Positions 8,427 through 18,405 of a DNA stretch of 35,581 nucleotides are shown here, one piece after another (position 1 is the stretch's first letter; each line of letters begins with the position of its first letter). Under the pieces are notes generated by a model. It worked only from the letters and a program-made list of their open reading frames with translations. It was not told the DNA's origin and searched no databases. The DNA is from Promethearchaeota archaeon (GTDB lineage Archaea > Asgardarchaeota > Lokiarchaeia > Sigyniarchaeales > SOKP01). The DNA is taken from positions 1 to 35,581 of the forward strand of contig JAFGOA010000225.1 in assembly GCA_016926735.1 (NCBI GenBank), written 5' to 3'. The translations under genes and the position numbers were made by a program.

Positions 8427-9182
8427 TTATTTTTTAGCAAAATATCTTATAAATGGACCCTTGTTAAGCATCTCTATCTCTTTAAATCCGTTATTTATTA
8501 GAACATTATTCCAATATTTTTTATCTTTAAACACTAACGAAAATATTCCATTTATAAGAATCGATTGAAATGAAAATCGATTAAATTCAGTTAAGCAAAA
8601 TATTCCATTTTGCTTTAATACTCTTTTAATTTCATTTAGAGCATTCTCTTTCTCTGAAAATTCATGTAATACAAAACTAGTATTTACTAAATCAAATTCA
8701 TTATTATTATAAGGAATATCTAGAGCAGAACCATATTTAAATTCAGTTTTATTATCCACATTTTCAATCTTTGCATTTTTTTGTATAGTATGTATTGAAT
8801 TATTAGATATTATATGTTCATTAAAAATATCTATACCACAAACTATACCTCCATTTTTAAGATTTTTTGCAATACTAATAGCTGCTCTACCCGTTCCACA
8901 ACCTACATCTAATAGTTTAGGTTCATTATTTCGAAGGTTTTCGATGATTTGATATGCTTGATATCTATCATTATTAACCGTTAGATTAACAGTAATTAAA
9001 CCTAGAGCAGGCCAAAGAAAAATAATAGCAATTGTTACTCCCACAATAATTACTATAAATTTTAGAATATTATTCATAAAGAATCCAAAAATACATATAA
9101 TAATACCAAGAATACCAAGAATTGATAAATAAATCATTAGATTCTTGTGGTATAATCCATAATTTGGTTTTTCTTCTTTCAA
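8427..9182 (-). CDS. Membrane-anchored class I SAM-dependent methyltransferase (copy 2)
   Basis: Paralog of 6290..7075 (KEEKPxYG, IFLWPA, LDVGCGTGRAAI, GSALDIPY, VLHE); TTG start. Confidence 0.9.
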   Translation of the reverse strand: MKEEKPNYGLYHKNLMIYLSILGILGIIICIFGFFMNNILKFIVIIVGVTIAIIFLWPALGLITVNLTVNNDRYQAYQIIENLRNNEPKLLDVGCGTGRAAISIAKNLKNGGIVCGIDIFNEHIISNNSIHTIQKNAKIENVDNKTEFKYGSALDIPYNNNEFDLVNTSFVLHEFSEKENALNEIKRVLKQNGIFCLTEFNRFSFQSILINGIFSLVFKDKKYWNNVLINNGFKEIEMLNKGPFIRYFAKK

Positions 9183-9211
9183 TTATTACACTTTTTTTTA
9201 TTTATAATATT

Positions 9212-9241
9212 GTAAATTGTTATTGTGACATAACAATTTAC
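9212..9241. promoter_or_regulatory. Perfect 12-bp inverted repeat, probable operator
   Basis: GTAAATTGTTAT-TGTGAC-ATAACAATTTAC, between the methyltransferase start and its TATA box. Confidence 0.65.
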
Positions 9242-9245
9242 CATT

Positions 9246-9292
9246 ATATTTAAGTTTATCTGTCAAGTCACCCTAACAAAAACCTTAAATAT
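9246..9292. promoter_or_regulatory. Divergent promoter pair (ATATTTAAG / CTTAAATAT) flanking a TGT-N12-ACA site
   Basis: Inverted TATA boxes at 9246-9254 and 9284-9292; TGTCAA-N6-CTAACA at 9261-9278. Confidence 0.55.
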
Positions 9293-9313
9293 TATATATT
9301 CATTCCTTAGCAT

Positions 9314-10195
9314 ATGCTTAATGATTCTTTTAATAATTTTGAAAAAAAGTATATTCAAGGTATAGAAAAATTTAATATGAGTTATGAGGAGGCTAAAATA
9401 TATTTTAAAGTGATTAAATATGGTAAAGAAGGTTGTATGGCAAGAGAATTGAATGAGGAAATACCTGATATTGAGAGAACGACAATTTATTCAATTTTGA
9501 GAAGATTAATAGATTATGGTTGTATTTTTGAGATTGAACGTCAAGCTGGAAGTAAAGTAAAAAAATTTTATGCTCTTAATCCAAAAAAATATTTTGATAC
9601 TATAATATCAATGAAAGAAACAGAATTAGCACAATTAAATGAAATTAAAAAAAAAATCTCAAATGATTTAGAAGATTTCTATAAAAATGGATTAGAATTC
9701 TCATTAAATCAGATAGAAAATGAAATGAAAAAATATCTTGAACCATTAATAGCGAACGGATGGAAAATTCTTCATCAAAATATCAAAAAATACATAGAAT
9801 TATTTGGTTTTAAATTGTATGATTATAGATTAAAAATACCACTTTCAGAAAGTGAAAAATATGATAAAGCAGGATTTCTCCTTTTTATATTTGATTATGA
9901 TATAGAGAACGATGATCTATCCCTAAATTATTATTTTAAACAATTAAAAAGAATATTAATAAGAATACATGAGACTCCTGAAGAATTAATTGAAGTTATA
10001 GAGAATAAGACAACAGTATTTGGAAAGGAATTTCCATCATTTTTAATCAAATTTATAGACAGAAAGAATAAAAAATGTCTTTTAGAAAGTAGGACAATAA
10101 TATTTCCTAATAAAAATAAGATTTTTTTCGTATGGAGTGAAGAAAGAGTAGAAGAAATTATTAAGGTAATATTTCAAATTGAAAATATTAATTAA
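9314..10195 (+). CDS. TrmB-like winged-helix transcriptional regulator (copy 2)
   Basis: Paralog of 7388..8332 (EAKIY, RTTIYSILRRL, ALNP, PLIANGWK, GFLLFIFDYDIEND). Confidence 0.8.
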   Translation: MLNDSFNNFEKKYIQGIEKFNMSYEEAKIYFKVIKYGKEGCMARELNEEIPDIERTTIYSILRRLIDYGCIFEIERQAGSKVKKFYALNPKKYFDTIISMKETELAQLNEIKKKISNDLEDFYKNGLEFSLNQIENEMKKYLEPLIANGWKILHQNIKKYIELFGFKLYDYRLKIPLSESEKYDKAGFLLFIFDYDIENDDLSLNYYFKQLKRILIRIHETPEELIEVIENKTTVFGKEFPSFLIKFIDRKNKKCLLESRTIIFPNKNKIFFVWSEERVEEIIKVIFQIENIN

Positions 10196-10243
10196 AAATA
10201 TAAAGTTTTGAATCTTTTTTATTAAAAAAAAGAATATTTCATA

Positions 10244-10858
10244 ATGAAGTTAGATAGATTAAAATATTCCATAACTACGATAACAGGAATATCATTGATT
10301 ATTTCATATGTTACTTTTACAATATTCTCAATTCTTTTATATAGAGAAAATTGGACACCAATCATTACGAGGATAAGTGATCTCGGAAGTATAGATTATG
10401 GAAATACTCCTTTAGGTGCATTTTTATTCAATTTAGGTGCAATTATAACAGGATTTTTACTCTATCCTTTTTATTTAGGGCTTTGTATTTGGTACAAAAA
10501 TTTAAAAGAAGAAAAAAAGAGAAAACTACTTATTATCACATTGTTGTGTGGGTGTTTATCAGCTACTTGTTTGATATTACTTGGAGTCTTCCCCATTCAT
10601 ACTGATCTAATTCATATTTTTTGGGCAAGTGGTTTTTTTCTCTTATATCAATTAGTATCAATTTTAATTGGGATATCACTTCGATCTCACGAAAAATTTA
10701 TGAAAATAATAGCTTATTATGGATGGAGTATAGGTATTGTTAATTTCTTATTTATAGTAACTCAAGCGCCTATTTTAGAATGGCTTTCTGTTCTATCAGC
10801 TTTACCCCTTGTTGGACTTCTTGCTTATAATACTTATAAATCTTATCTACCAAATTAA
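10244..10858 (+). CDS. DUF998 / Frag1-DRAM-Sfk1-like membrane protein
   Basis: About 6 TM helices; ISDLG, FNLG, GVFP...H and terminal EW motifs. Confidence 0.7.
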   Translation: MKLDRLKYSITTITGISLIISYVTFTIFSILLYRENWTPIITRISDLGSIDYGNTPLGAFLFNLGAIITGFLLYPFYLGLCIWYKNLKEEKKRKLLIITLLCGCLSATCLILLGVFPIHTDLIHIFWASGFFLLYQLVSILIGISLRSHEKFMKIIAYYGWSIGIVNFLFIVTQAPILEWLSVLSALPLVGLLAYNTYKSYLPN

Positions 10859-11130
10859 ACAGTTTTAAAATAGATCAATTCTTCTGTGAATTATAATTTT
10901 CTATTTAATAATTTTAATATTTGATATTGATAATCTATAGAATCATTTAAAATAAAATTAAAAATATTTCATTTACACACATAAATTTTAAATAAGATAG
11001 TTAAGAATTTTAAAAAATAGCTTTAATTTTAAGAAAAATAATGAAAAATATTCAATAAACCCCAACTTTAAATGAATAAAATCATTAATCTTTTTAAAAA
11101 AAATAGAATTTTTTTTAATACTAATGGAAT

Positions 11131-13044
11131 ATGAAAATGGACTTAAAATATTATCTAAAAGATATTGTTGATCTAAATGTTATAGATCAAGAGAATATAA
11201 AAAAACTTGAAGCATTGAATAATCACTATATTTTAGAGATTATTAATGAGTATGTAGCATTATGTAAACCAAGCAAAGTTACAGTTATTACAGATTCTCA
11301 AGATGATATAAATTATGTGCGTAATAAAGCTTTGGAATTAGGAGAAGAATTAAAGCTTGGAATTGAAGGTCATACTGTCCACTTTGATGCATTTGTCAAT
11401 ATGAGTAATCATGATCAAGCAAGAGATAAAACAAATACTAAAGTATTAATTTCTGCTGGTCAATATAAATCTCCTTGGATCAACACAATAGATCGCGAGG
11501 AAGGATTAAATGAAATATTAAAAATTATGGATGGATGCATGAGAGAACATGAATGTGTAGTTCGATTTTTTTGTTTAGGGCCTAAAAATTCAAAATTTTC
11601 ATTGCTAGCACTTCAACTCACTGATAGTTTTTATGTATGTCATTCTGAAGATCTCTTATATAGGTCTGGGTATGAAGAATTTAGAAAATTGGATGGTTCA
11701 AAGAAATTCTTTTCATTCATACATTCTTCGGGAGAATTAACAGGAAAACCTCCTGTAACAAAAAACCTTGATAAAAGGAGAGTATATATTGATTTACAAG
11801 AAGGAAAAGTTTTAACTGTAAATAATCAATACGCTGGAAATTCATTGGGATTAAAAAAACTCGCACTTAGATTAGCGATTCACAAATCAAATAATGAAGA
11901 TTGGTTAGCTGAACATGATTTTATTTTAGGCGTACACCCAAAAGGAAAAAATAGAGTATCTTATTTTTGTGGTGCCTATCCAAGTGCTTGTGGCAAGACT
12001 AGTACGGCGATGTTACCAAATCAGACAATAGTGGGTGATGATATTGCATATTTACGCCCATGGAATGATGGATATGCTCATGCTGTAAATATTGAGCAAG
12101 GTATATTTGGAATAATAAAGGATGTAAACCTCAATGATGATCCTGTTATATGGGATGCTATAACAACTCCTCGAGAGACTATTTTCTCCAATATCCTTGT
12201 CTTAAATGGAATTCCCTATTGGTTAGGAGATGGTAGAACTATTCCCGAAAAAGGAATGAACTTTTCAACTAATTGGGTTAAAAATAAAAAAGATGAAAAC
12301 GGAAAAGAGATTCCTCATGCTCATCCAAATGCTCGCTATACAATAAGAATTGAAGAATTGAGTAATGCAGATAAAAACTTACACAATCCTGATGGTGTTC
12401 CCATCGAAGGAATCTTTTATGGGGGAAGAGATAGTGATACTATGCCTCCTATTTTAGAGAGTTTTAATTGGAACCATGGTGTGTTTTTAGGAGCATCAAT
12501 AGAATCAGAAACAACTTCTGCAACAATAGGTAAGGAAGGTGTTAGAGATGCAAGTCCAATGGCTAATTTGGATTTTATTGTTGTACCATTAGGTAAATAT
12601 TTAGAAAATCATAAAAATTTTGGAGAACGTCTAGAACACCCTCCAAAAGTATTTGCAACAAATTATTTCCTTAAAAACGAAGATGGTAAATATCTAAATG
12701 GTATGCTTGATAAATTATGTTGGGTTCTTTGGGCAGAAGGACGTGCTCATGGTGATTATGGTGCTATAGAGACTCCTATTGGCTATATCCCAAAATATGA
12801 AGACTTAAAAATTTTATTTGAAGAAAATCTAAATAAAACTTATACAAAAGAAAATTATGAACAACAATTTTCAATAAGAATTTCTAAACTTATTGCTAAA
12901 TTAAATCGTATTGAAAATATGTATAAAAAAGAGGATAATGTTCCTCAATTCTTCTGGAATATTTCTGAAGAACTTAATAACAAACTTAATAAACTAGCTA
13001 GTGAAAAAGGAATAGATATAGTTTCTCCATTTCAATTTAAATAA
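11131..13044 (+). CDS. pckG: Phosphoenolpyruvate carboxykinase (GTP)
   Basis: YAGNSLGLKK, WLAEH, YPSACGKTS, VGDDIAY, AHPNARY and YGGR motifs. Confidence 0.95.
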   Translation: MKMDLKYYLKDIVDLNVIDQENIKKLEALNNHYILEIINEYVALCKPSKVTVITDSQDDINYVRNKALELGEELKLGIEGHTVHFDAFVNMSNHDQARDKTNTKVLISAGQYKSPWINTIDREEGLNEILKIMDGCMREHECVVRFFCLGPKNSKFSLLALQLTDSFYVCHSEDLLYRSGYEEFRKLDGSKKFFSFIHSSGELTGKPPVTKNLDKRRVYIDLQEGKVLTVNNQYAGNSLGLKKLALRLAIHKSNNEDWLAEHDFILGVHPKGKNRVSYFCGAYPSACGKTSTAMLPNQTIVGDDIAYLRPWNDGYAHAVNIEQGIFGIIKDVNLNDDPVIWDAITTPRETIFSNILVLNGIPYWLGDGRTIPEKGMNFSTNWVKNKKDENGKEIPHAHPNARYTIRIEELSNADKNLHNPDGVPIEGIFYGGRDSDTMPPILESFNWNHGVFLGASIESETTSATIGKEGVRDASPMANLDFIVVPLGKYLENHKNFGERLEHPPKVFATNYFLKNEDGKYLNGMLDKLCWVLWAEGRAHGDYGAIETPIGYIPKYEDLKILFEENLNKTYTKENYEQQFSIRISKLIAKLNRIENMYKKEDNVPQFFWNISEELNNKLNKLASEKGIDIVSPFQFK

Positions 13045-13174
13045 TTATTTAAAATATTAAATAGAATATCGTTTCCTTATTTTCTTTTTTTTTTCAATAG
13101 AATATTAATTCTATTATCTTAAACCAGATTCTTATTTTTTCATCATATTTTTATTAGATCATACTTACTCTATA

Positions 13175-13714
13175 ATGAATATTCATTCAAATTATATAAT
13201 TGAGGAAAAAAAAATGCCAAGTTTTAAAGAAACATATGAAGCTATTAAAAATGATTGGGAAAAGGGAGAAAAGAATTTTAACATAGAATGTGAAATGCTC
13301 CATGAAGGAATGCAGATAAAATGCACAATGGATACTAAACCATTTGAATTAATAATAGATGCTCCTGAAGGATTAGATGGAACTAATATGGGTCCATCTC
13401 CATTATTGGTGATATTATCTTCAATTGGGGCGTGTATTATAGCTGTAACTAAATTTTGGGCTAAAATAATGGAAATAGAAATTGAAGAAATGAAAGTGTT
13501 TTCTCGTGGACATATCAACTTAGGAGCTATATTTGGTTTAGATGATTCAAAATTAGCAGGTTATGATAAACTGGAGCCTGTAATTAGAATTAAAGCAAAT
13601 GCTTCTGAAGAAAAAATTAATGAGCTTATGGATAAAGTTTTTTCCCATTGTCCTATAATCAATAATATGGGTGGAGCCTCTCCAATAAATCCTAAAGTCC
13701 AAATAAAGAAATAA
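13175..13714 (+). CDS. OsmC/Ohr family protein
   Basis: DAPEGLDGTNMGPSP...GAC and HCPI two-cysteine signature; real start may be the ATG at 13214 (GAGG upstream). Confidence 0.85.
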   Translation: MNIHSNYIIEEKKMPSFKETYEAIKNDWEKGEKNFNIECEMLHEGMQIKCTMDTKPFELIIDAPEGLDGTNMGPSPLLVILSSIGACIIAVTKFWAKIMEIEIEEMKVFSRGHINLGAIFGLDDSKLAGYDKLEPVIRIKANASEEKINELMDKVFSHCPIINNMGGASPINPKVQIKK

Positions 13715-13744
13715 AATTTTTTCTTTTTTTTATTAGAAGAAATC

Positions 13745-14416
13745 TTAATTCAAAACATTTTTTACTTTATAAGTTTTATTAGATCTATCTATTTCAATTA
13801 ATTTCCTAATCTCTAATTTATTTAGGAAATCTTTAATCTCAATTTTATCTTTTTTTAATTTATCTGCAAGACCCTTAATGTTATTTTCATATGATTTTAG
13901 AATTTCTAAAAGATCCTTATAATTCATAAATATCTTTTCAAAAATAATCTTCAAGGATTCTGTTATATTTAATCCTGTTTTTACACTAATAGGTAACATC
14001 TTAATTTTATTTGATAAATTATTTTGTTTTATAATTTCTTTAGGCGTACGAGCATTCTCTAAATCTTGTTTATTAGCTAAAAAGAGAACTGGTAATTGAT
14101 CTCCAAGTATCTTATATAGGGAATTTAATATATTTATTGCTTCTTTATCTTTTTCTGGTTCTGAAGCATCGAAAATAAATATTATACCATCTGAACCACT
14201 TGAGATAATTTCTCTTATAGTAGAGAATCTTGTGAGACCGGGAGTTCCAAAAAGATAAATTCTATAATTATTGATTTTGACTGATCCTAAATCCATCCCT
14301 ACAGTATATAATTTTTCATCTGCTCCTTTTGCTTGAATGTTCAGTGAATTAGGATCAAAATTTCTGATATAACTAGATTTACCACTCTGCACCGGACCTG
14401 ATATTAGAATTTTCAT
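13745..14416 (-). CDS. MglA/conservon-type small GTPase with a C-terminal winged-helix-like domain
   Basis: G1 GPVQSGKS, TVGMDLG, G3 FGTPGL, G4 NKQD, G5 SVKTG; tail 'IKGLADKLKKDKIEIKDFLNKLEIRKLIEIDRSNKTYKV'. Confidence 0.85.
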   Translation of the reverse strand: MKILISGPVQSGKSSYIRNFDPNSLNIQAKGADEKLYTVGMDLGSVKINNYRIYLFGTPGLTRFSTIREIISSGSDGIIFIFDASEPEKDKEAINILNSLYKILGDQLPVLFLANKQDLENARTPKEIIKQNNLSNKIKMLPISVKTGLNITESLKIIFEKIFMNYKDLLEILKSYENNIKGLADKLKKDKIEIKDFLNKLEIRKLIEIDRSNKTYKVKNVLN

Positions 14417-14822
14417 TATATAATTTCCAATAGAAGTAAGAAAGATCTTTTATATATAAAAATATTAATTAAAATTCCTAATAAATATTGATATTTTTCA
14501 AATTTGAAGAAATTTAAGATTTTTTTAATTAAAATAATTTCCATTACCCAAAATTATAGATAAAGGAAAGAATCATAAAATCCTTATATTTTCATCAAAT
14601 TTTTTTATTATTAAATTCCTTACTATGAATAGAACTATGAAATAATTTAACAGTAATCTTATAGCATAGATTACTTTTTTTTTATTATTTTAATTGAAAA
14701 AGATCCTTTGTTTTAAATGTCCTAATTTCCAGATAAATATTAATAGTAAATTCATTTTTTATTTATTCACATTTGAAAATTTATTTTAACTTTTAATATT
14801 CAAAAAAAAAAATGACATACTT

Positions 14823-16331
14823 ATGAATAAAACTATAGATAAAGAATTAAAAAAAATCATCAAAGCAGAAAGAACTCAAGTAAAACTTGTTAATTATATG
14901 GTTAAAGTAGGACGCTGGTTATTATTTATTTTTCCTTTGATTCTTGTAATAATAACTCTATATGCAATAATAATTACTTGGGATATTGAAAATGTTAATT
15001 TCTGGACGCAAAATTTAGATTATCAAATATTGATGATTCTCTATCTTATTCTAATTGCACTATATTTTTTAAATTCTATTATATTACTATTAGGCGCTTT
15101 TAAAACAAATCAATCCCTCACTAAACGATTAGAATTTGAGAGAAAAAGGGGCCGACCTATAGATAGCCTTGATGGATTTAAAACACTATCTAATAATGTA
15201 ATGCGGGTTGTTAATCTTCTTAAACTTATTTCATTAATATGTATAACCTCTGTAATTTTGTTTTTAATAATGCTAACGATTAGTAACCTAACTTTAGGAT
15301 ATGCTGCAATGAGTACCGCATTAGTTGGGCTTGGACTAGCATTGCTTGTAAGAAGCTTAAATCTTAATATTCATGATGTTAATGGATTGCAGGATTTCTT
15401 TAAACCTACAACACATCAAATTTTTTTAGATAATTTCTTTGCCGAAATATTTTCTAATCATTTAGATCCTGTAACTTTTTTAAAATGGGATGAATTTGTT
15501 TTAGGATTAAGCAATATTTTAAATCTTAAATTTGTTGAGAAAATTAAGAATCAGGAGGGAAATGAATTACCTATTACCTTTGCATTAGAGAAAATCCTCT
15601 TTCTCTATTATTTAAATTATCAAGGAGTTTTAAATAAAGATCTACTTATTCAAGAATTTAAAGAAGTTATTAACTTAGATGCAGAACAATTTGATATTGA
15701 AAAGGGGCTTTTTATAGATGGTGCTTGGTATTTTTCTAGTAAGGATATAAATAAGCTTTTTAATTTTATAAAAGATTACAATCCTGGATTCTTTAAAATT
15801 ATTGATCGCCTCCAATTAGAGCTTGCTGACAATATTACTAGATTATCTAAAGATCCAATTTATATGGATTCAACTGCTCAAGAATTAGTATATACTGGAA
15901 GTGAACTTAATATCATGGTTTTTCTCTACAATAATAATTTAGAACCAAAAAAATTTAGAGTAAGAATCTCAGCTCCGGGATTTGAACCAAGTAATACTAT
16001 TTTAAATATTGAGGTTGAAGGTCGTGGAAAATTTATTATTCCTGATCACCCTATTCCCTTAACATCTGATAATAAAGAAGACATTACAGAAGTTCTTTCT
16101 AATATGCTCGAAAATGGGGATACACTCTGGCTTACTCTAGAACCACGAGAAAAAGGAGAACAGACAATTCAAATATTTTTAGAAAATGAAGATGGCACTA
16201 TTATCGAAGGTAAAACCCGAAATATAAAGGTAACTAAAAATTTTAAAGATAATCTTAAAAAATTATCATCATTAGGGTCTTTTATTGGTGGAGTGGGAGT
16301 AGTAATTAGTAGGTTAATCACTTCAATGTAA
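14823..16331 (+). CDS. Hypothetical membrane protein (4 N-terminal TM helices, soluble helical and beta-sandwich-like regions, C-terminal hydrophobic tail)
   Basis: Hydrophobic segments by eye; alternating beta pattern 'ELNIMVFLYN...FRVRISAPGF...LWLTLEP...QTIQIFLEN'. Confidence 0.75.
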   Translation: MNKTIDKELKKIIKAERTQVKLVNYMVKVGRWLLFIFPLILVIITLYAIIITWDIENVNFWTQNLDYQILMILYLILIALYFLNSIILLLGAFKTNQSLTKRLEFERKRGRPIDSLDGFKTLSNNVMRVVNLLKLISLICITSVILFLIMLTISNLTLGYAAMSTALVGLGLALLVRSLNLNIHDVNGLQDFFKPTTHQIFLDNFFAEIFSNHLDPVTFLKWDEFVLGLSNILNLKFVEKIKNQEGNELPITFALEKILFLYYLNYQGVLNKDLLIQEFKEVINLDAEQFDIEKGLFIDGAWYFSSKDINKLFNFIKDYNPGFFKIIDRLQLELADNITRLSKDPIYMDSTAQELVYTGSELNIMVFLYNNNLEPKKFRVRISAPGFEPSNTILNIEVEGRGKFIIPDHPIPLTSDNKEDITEVLSNMLENGDTLWLTLEPREKGEQTIQIFLENEDGTIIEGKTRNIKVTKNFKDNLKKLSSLGSFIGGVGVVISRLITSM

Positions 16332-16572
16332 TTTTTTTTTATTTTTATTATTTATTTTTGAATAAATAATATTCTGTTTTTTTGAAAGAAGAATCAATTT
16401 TATAATAAAATTATGTATAAATAGTATCAGAATCTATGATGATATTCATAAAACAAATAATTATTAATAATTAACCTTTAATGGATAAATTAATTTCATT
16501 TCAATAATATATTTCTATATTTCTATACAATTTATTTTAATCTTCAAATTTTAAAAACAAGAGAAATGAAAA

Positions 16573-17244
16573 ATGGTTGTAATAACAACAAGAAAACCAG
16601 ATGAGGAAATATTTGATACTCTTGAAAAATACAATGCAAAAAAAATAGTAATAATATCTTGTGGAACGTGCGCTGCTTTATGTCAAACAGGTGGAACTCA
16701 AGGATTGGAAGAATGGACAGAAAAACTTGAACAAAAAGGATTTAAAGTTCTAACAGGGATTGTTTCAGAAGATATTTGTGATAATAGAGTGATGAAAAAA
16801 GATTTACGAAAAATTGATGATGATATTGGACAATCAGATCTTATTATGACATTGTCTTGTGGTGTTGGTACTCAATCTGTTATAGAAGTATTACAAAAAA
16901 GCCATCCAAAAATACCTGTAATTGTAACAAATAATACCGAATTTATAGGAATGACTGAACGTATTGGACGGTTCTATATGAGGTGTAGAGGGTGTGGAGA
17001 TTGTCTCTTAAATGAGACTGGAGGCATTTGTCCAGTGACTACATGTGCAAAAAGCTTAATGAATGGACCTTGTGGTGGTTCTATTGAGGGTAAATGCGAA
17101 GTTGGAGATTATAAAATTGCTTGTGGTTGGATTTTAATATATAATCGTCTTAAAGAAATAGGGAGACTTGATTTATTTAGTAAATTAAGACCTCCTGCAG
17201 ATTGGAGTGAAATTGGTCATCAAAGAGAAGTTGTATGGAGATAA
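16573..17244 (+). CDS. metV: Methylenetetrahydrofolate reductase small Fe-S/Zn subunit (MetV, MTHFR_C)
   Basis: CGTCAALC, CGVG, CRGCGDC, CPVTTCAKSLMNGPCGG and CGW cysteine pattern; adjacent to metF. Confidence 0.88.
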   Translation: MVVITTRKPDEEIFDTLEKYNAKKIVIISCGTCAALCQTGGTQGLEEWTEKLEQKGFKVLTGIVSEDICDNRVMKKDLRKIDDDIGQSDLIMTLSCGVGTQSVIEVLQKSHPKIPVIVTNNTEFIGMTERIGRFYMRCRGCGDCLLNETGGICPVTTCAKSLMNGPCGGSIEGKCEVGDYKIACGWILIYNRLKEIGRLDLFSKLRPPADWSEIGHQREVVWR

Positions 17245-17475
17245 ATTATCCTTATTATTATACTCCAAATTCTATACAGATAATTTAAAACCTAATTTTA
17301 AACCCTTTTTAAATTTTAATTCATTAAAAGTGAAAACTATTCATATATATAATAATTAAATTTTAAAGTTTGATATAATTTTTAATTTCAATATTATCAA
17401 TCATATTTTCATTAAATTAATAAAAAAGCAAACAAAATGTTAATTTTTCTTTTATATTAGTAAAGGTGTTAGATT

Positions 17476-18405
17476 ATTACAATAAAAAATATATTTTCGA
17501 AATTCGGAAAAGCCCTTTCAAATGGATCTTTTATTTTAACTGGAGAACTTGAGCCTGAAAAGACTTGTGATTTAAGTAAAACTATAAAAGAAGCAAGAGA
17601 AATGGCACCTTATGTCATAGCTGCAAATGTCACTGATAGTCCATTAGGAATTGTCACAATTAATTCTATGGCAGCTTCTCATATAATTCAAAGAGAAACA
17701 GGATTAGAAACGATATGGCAATTAACTGTTAGAGATGTAAATAAATTAGGTATTGCAGGTATGATCATGGGAGGTCATGCACTTGGATTGAGAAATATTT
17801 TATCTCTAACTGGCGATCATCCAAAATTAGGGGATATGCCAGAATCAAAACCCGTTTTTGATTTAGATTCTGCCACTTTAATTTCCTTTATCCGTGAAAT
17901 GGTTGATAATGGTAAAATAAATAATAAAGAAATTAATTGTCCTCCTCAATTTCATATTGGAGCTGCTGCAAATCCAAATTCAGATCCTATGGAAGCGGAA
18001 ATATTAAAAATTGGGAGAAAAGTACAAGCAGGGGTAGAATTTTTACAGACTCAAGTAGTTTATGATTTAGATAAATCTATTGAATTTTTTAATGAATTAA
18101 AAAAATATAATATTCCTATTCTTCTTGGAATCTTTCCTATGAAAAGTTATTCCATAGCGAAAGGTTTTGATGAATTTGTTCCCGGAGTTAATGTTCCAAA
18201 AGAAATATTATCTCGATGGAAATTAATTAAAACAGAGATTTTAGATAAAAAATTACAAAGCGAAGAATATGACAAAGCGAATTATGAATTTTTTAAACCA
18301 TTTATATCGGAATTAAGGAAAAATAAACTTATTTCAGGAATTCATTGTATGGCTGTTCATTATACCAAATTTTTCCCTTATTTATCTAAAATAATCAATT
18401 CTTAA
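17476..18405 (+). CDS. metF: Methylenetetrahydrofolate reductase (MetF); probable ATT start upstream of the track ATG at 17602
   Basis: NVTDSP, QLTVRDVN, LSLTGD, FDLDS and FLQTQVVYD. The frame is open from 17473 and encodes the conserved N-terminal 'SKFGKALSNGSFILTGELEP'. Confidence 0.9.
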   Translation: MTIKNIFSKFGKALSNGSFILTGELEPEKTCDLSKTIKEAREMAPYVIAANVTDSPLGIVTINSMAASHIIQRETGLETIWQLTVRDVNKLGIAGMIMGGHALGLRNILSLTGDHPKLGDMPESKPVFDLDSATLISFIREMVDNGKINNKEINCPPQFHIGAAANPNSDPMEAEILKIGRKVQAGVEFLQTQVVYDLDKSIEFFNELKKYNIPILLGIFPMKSYSIAKGFDEFVPGVNVPKEILSRWKLIKTEILDKKLQSEEYDKANYEFFKPFISELRKNKLISGIHCMAVHYTKFFPYLSKIINS

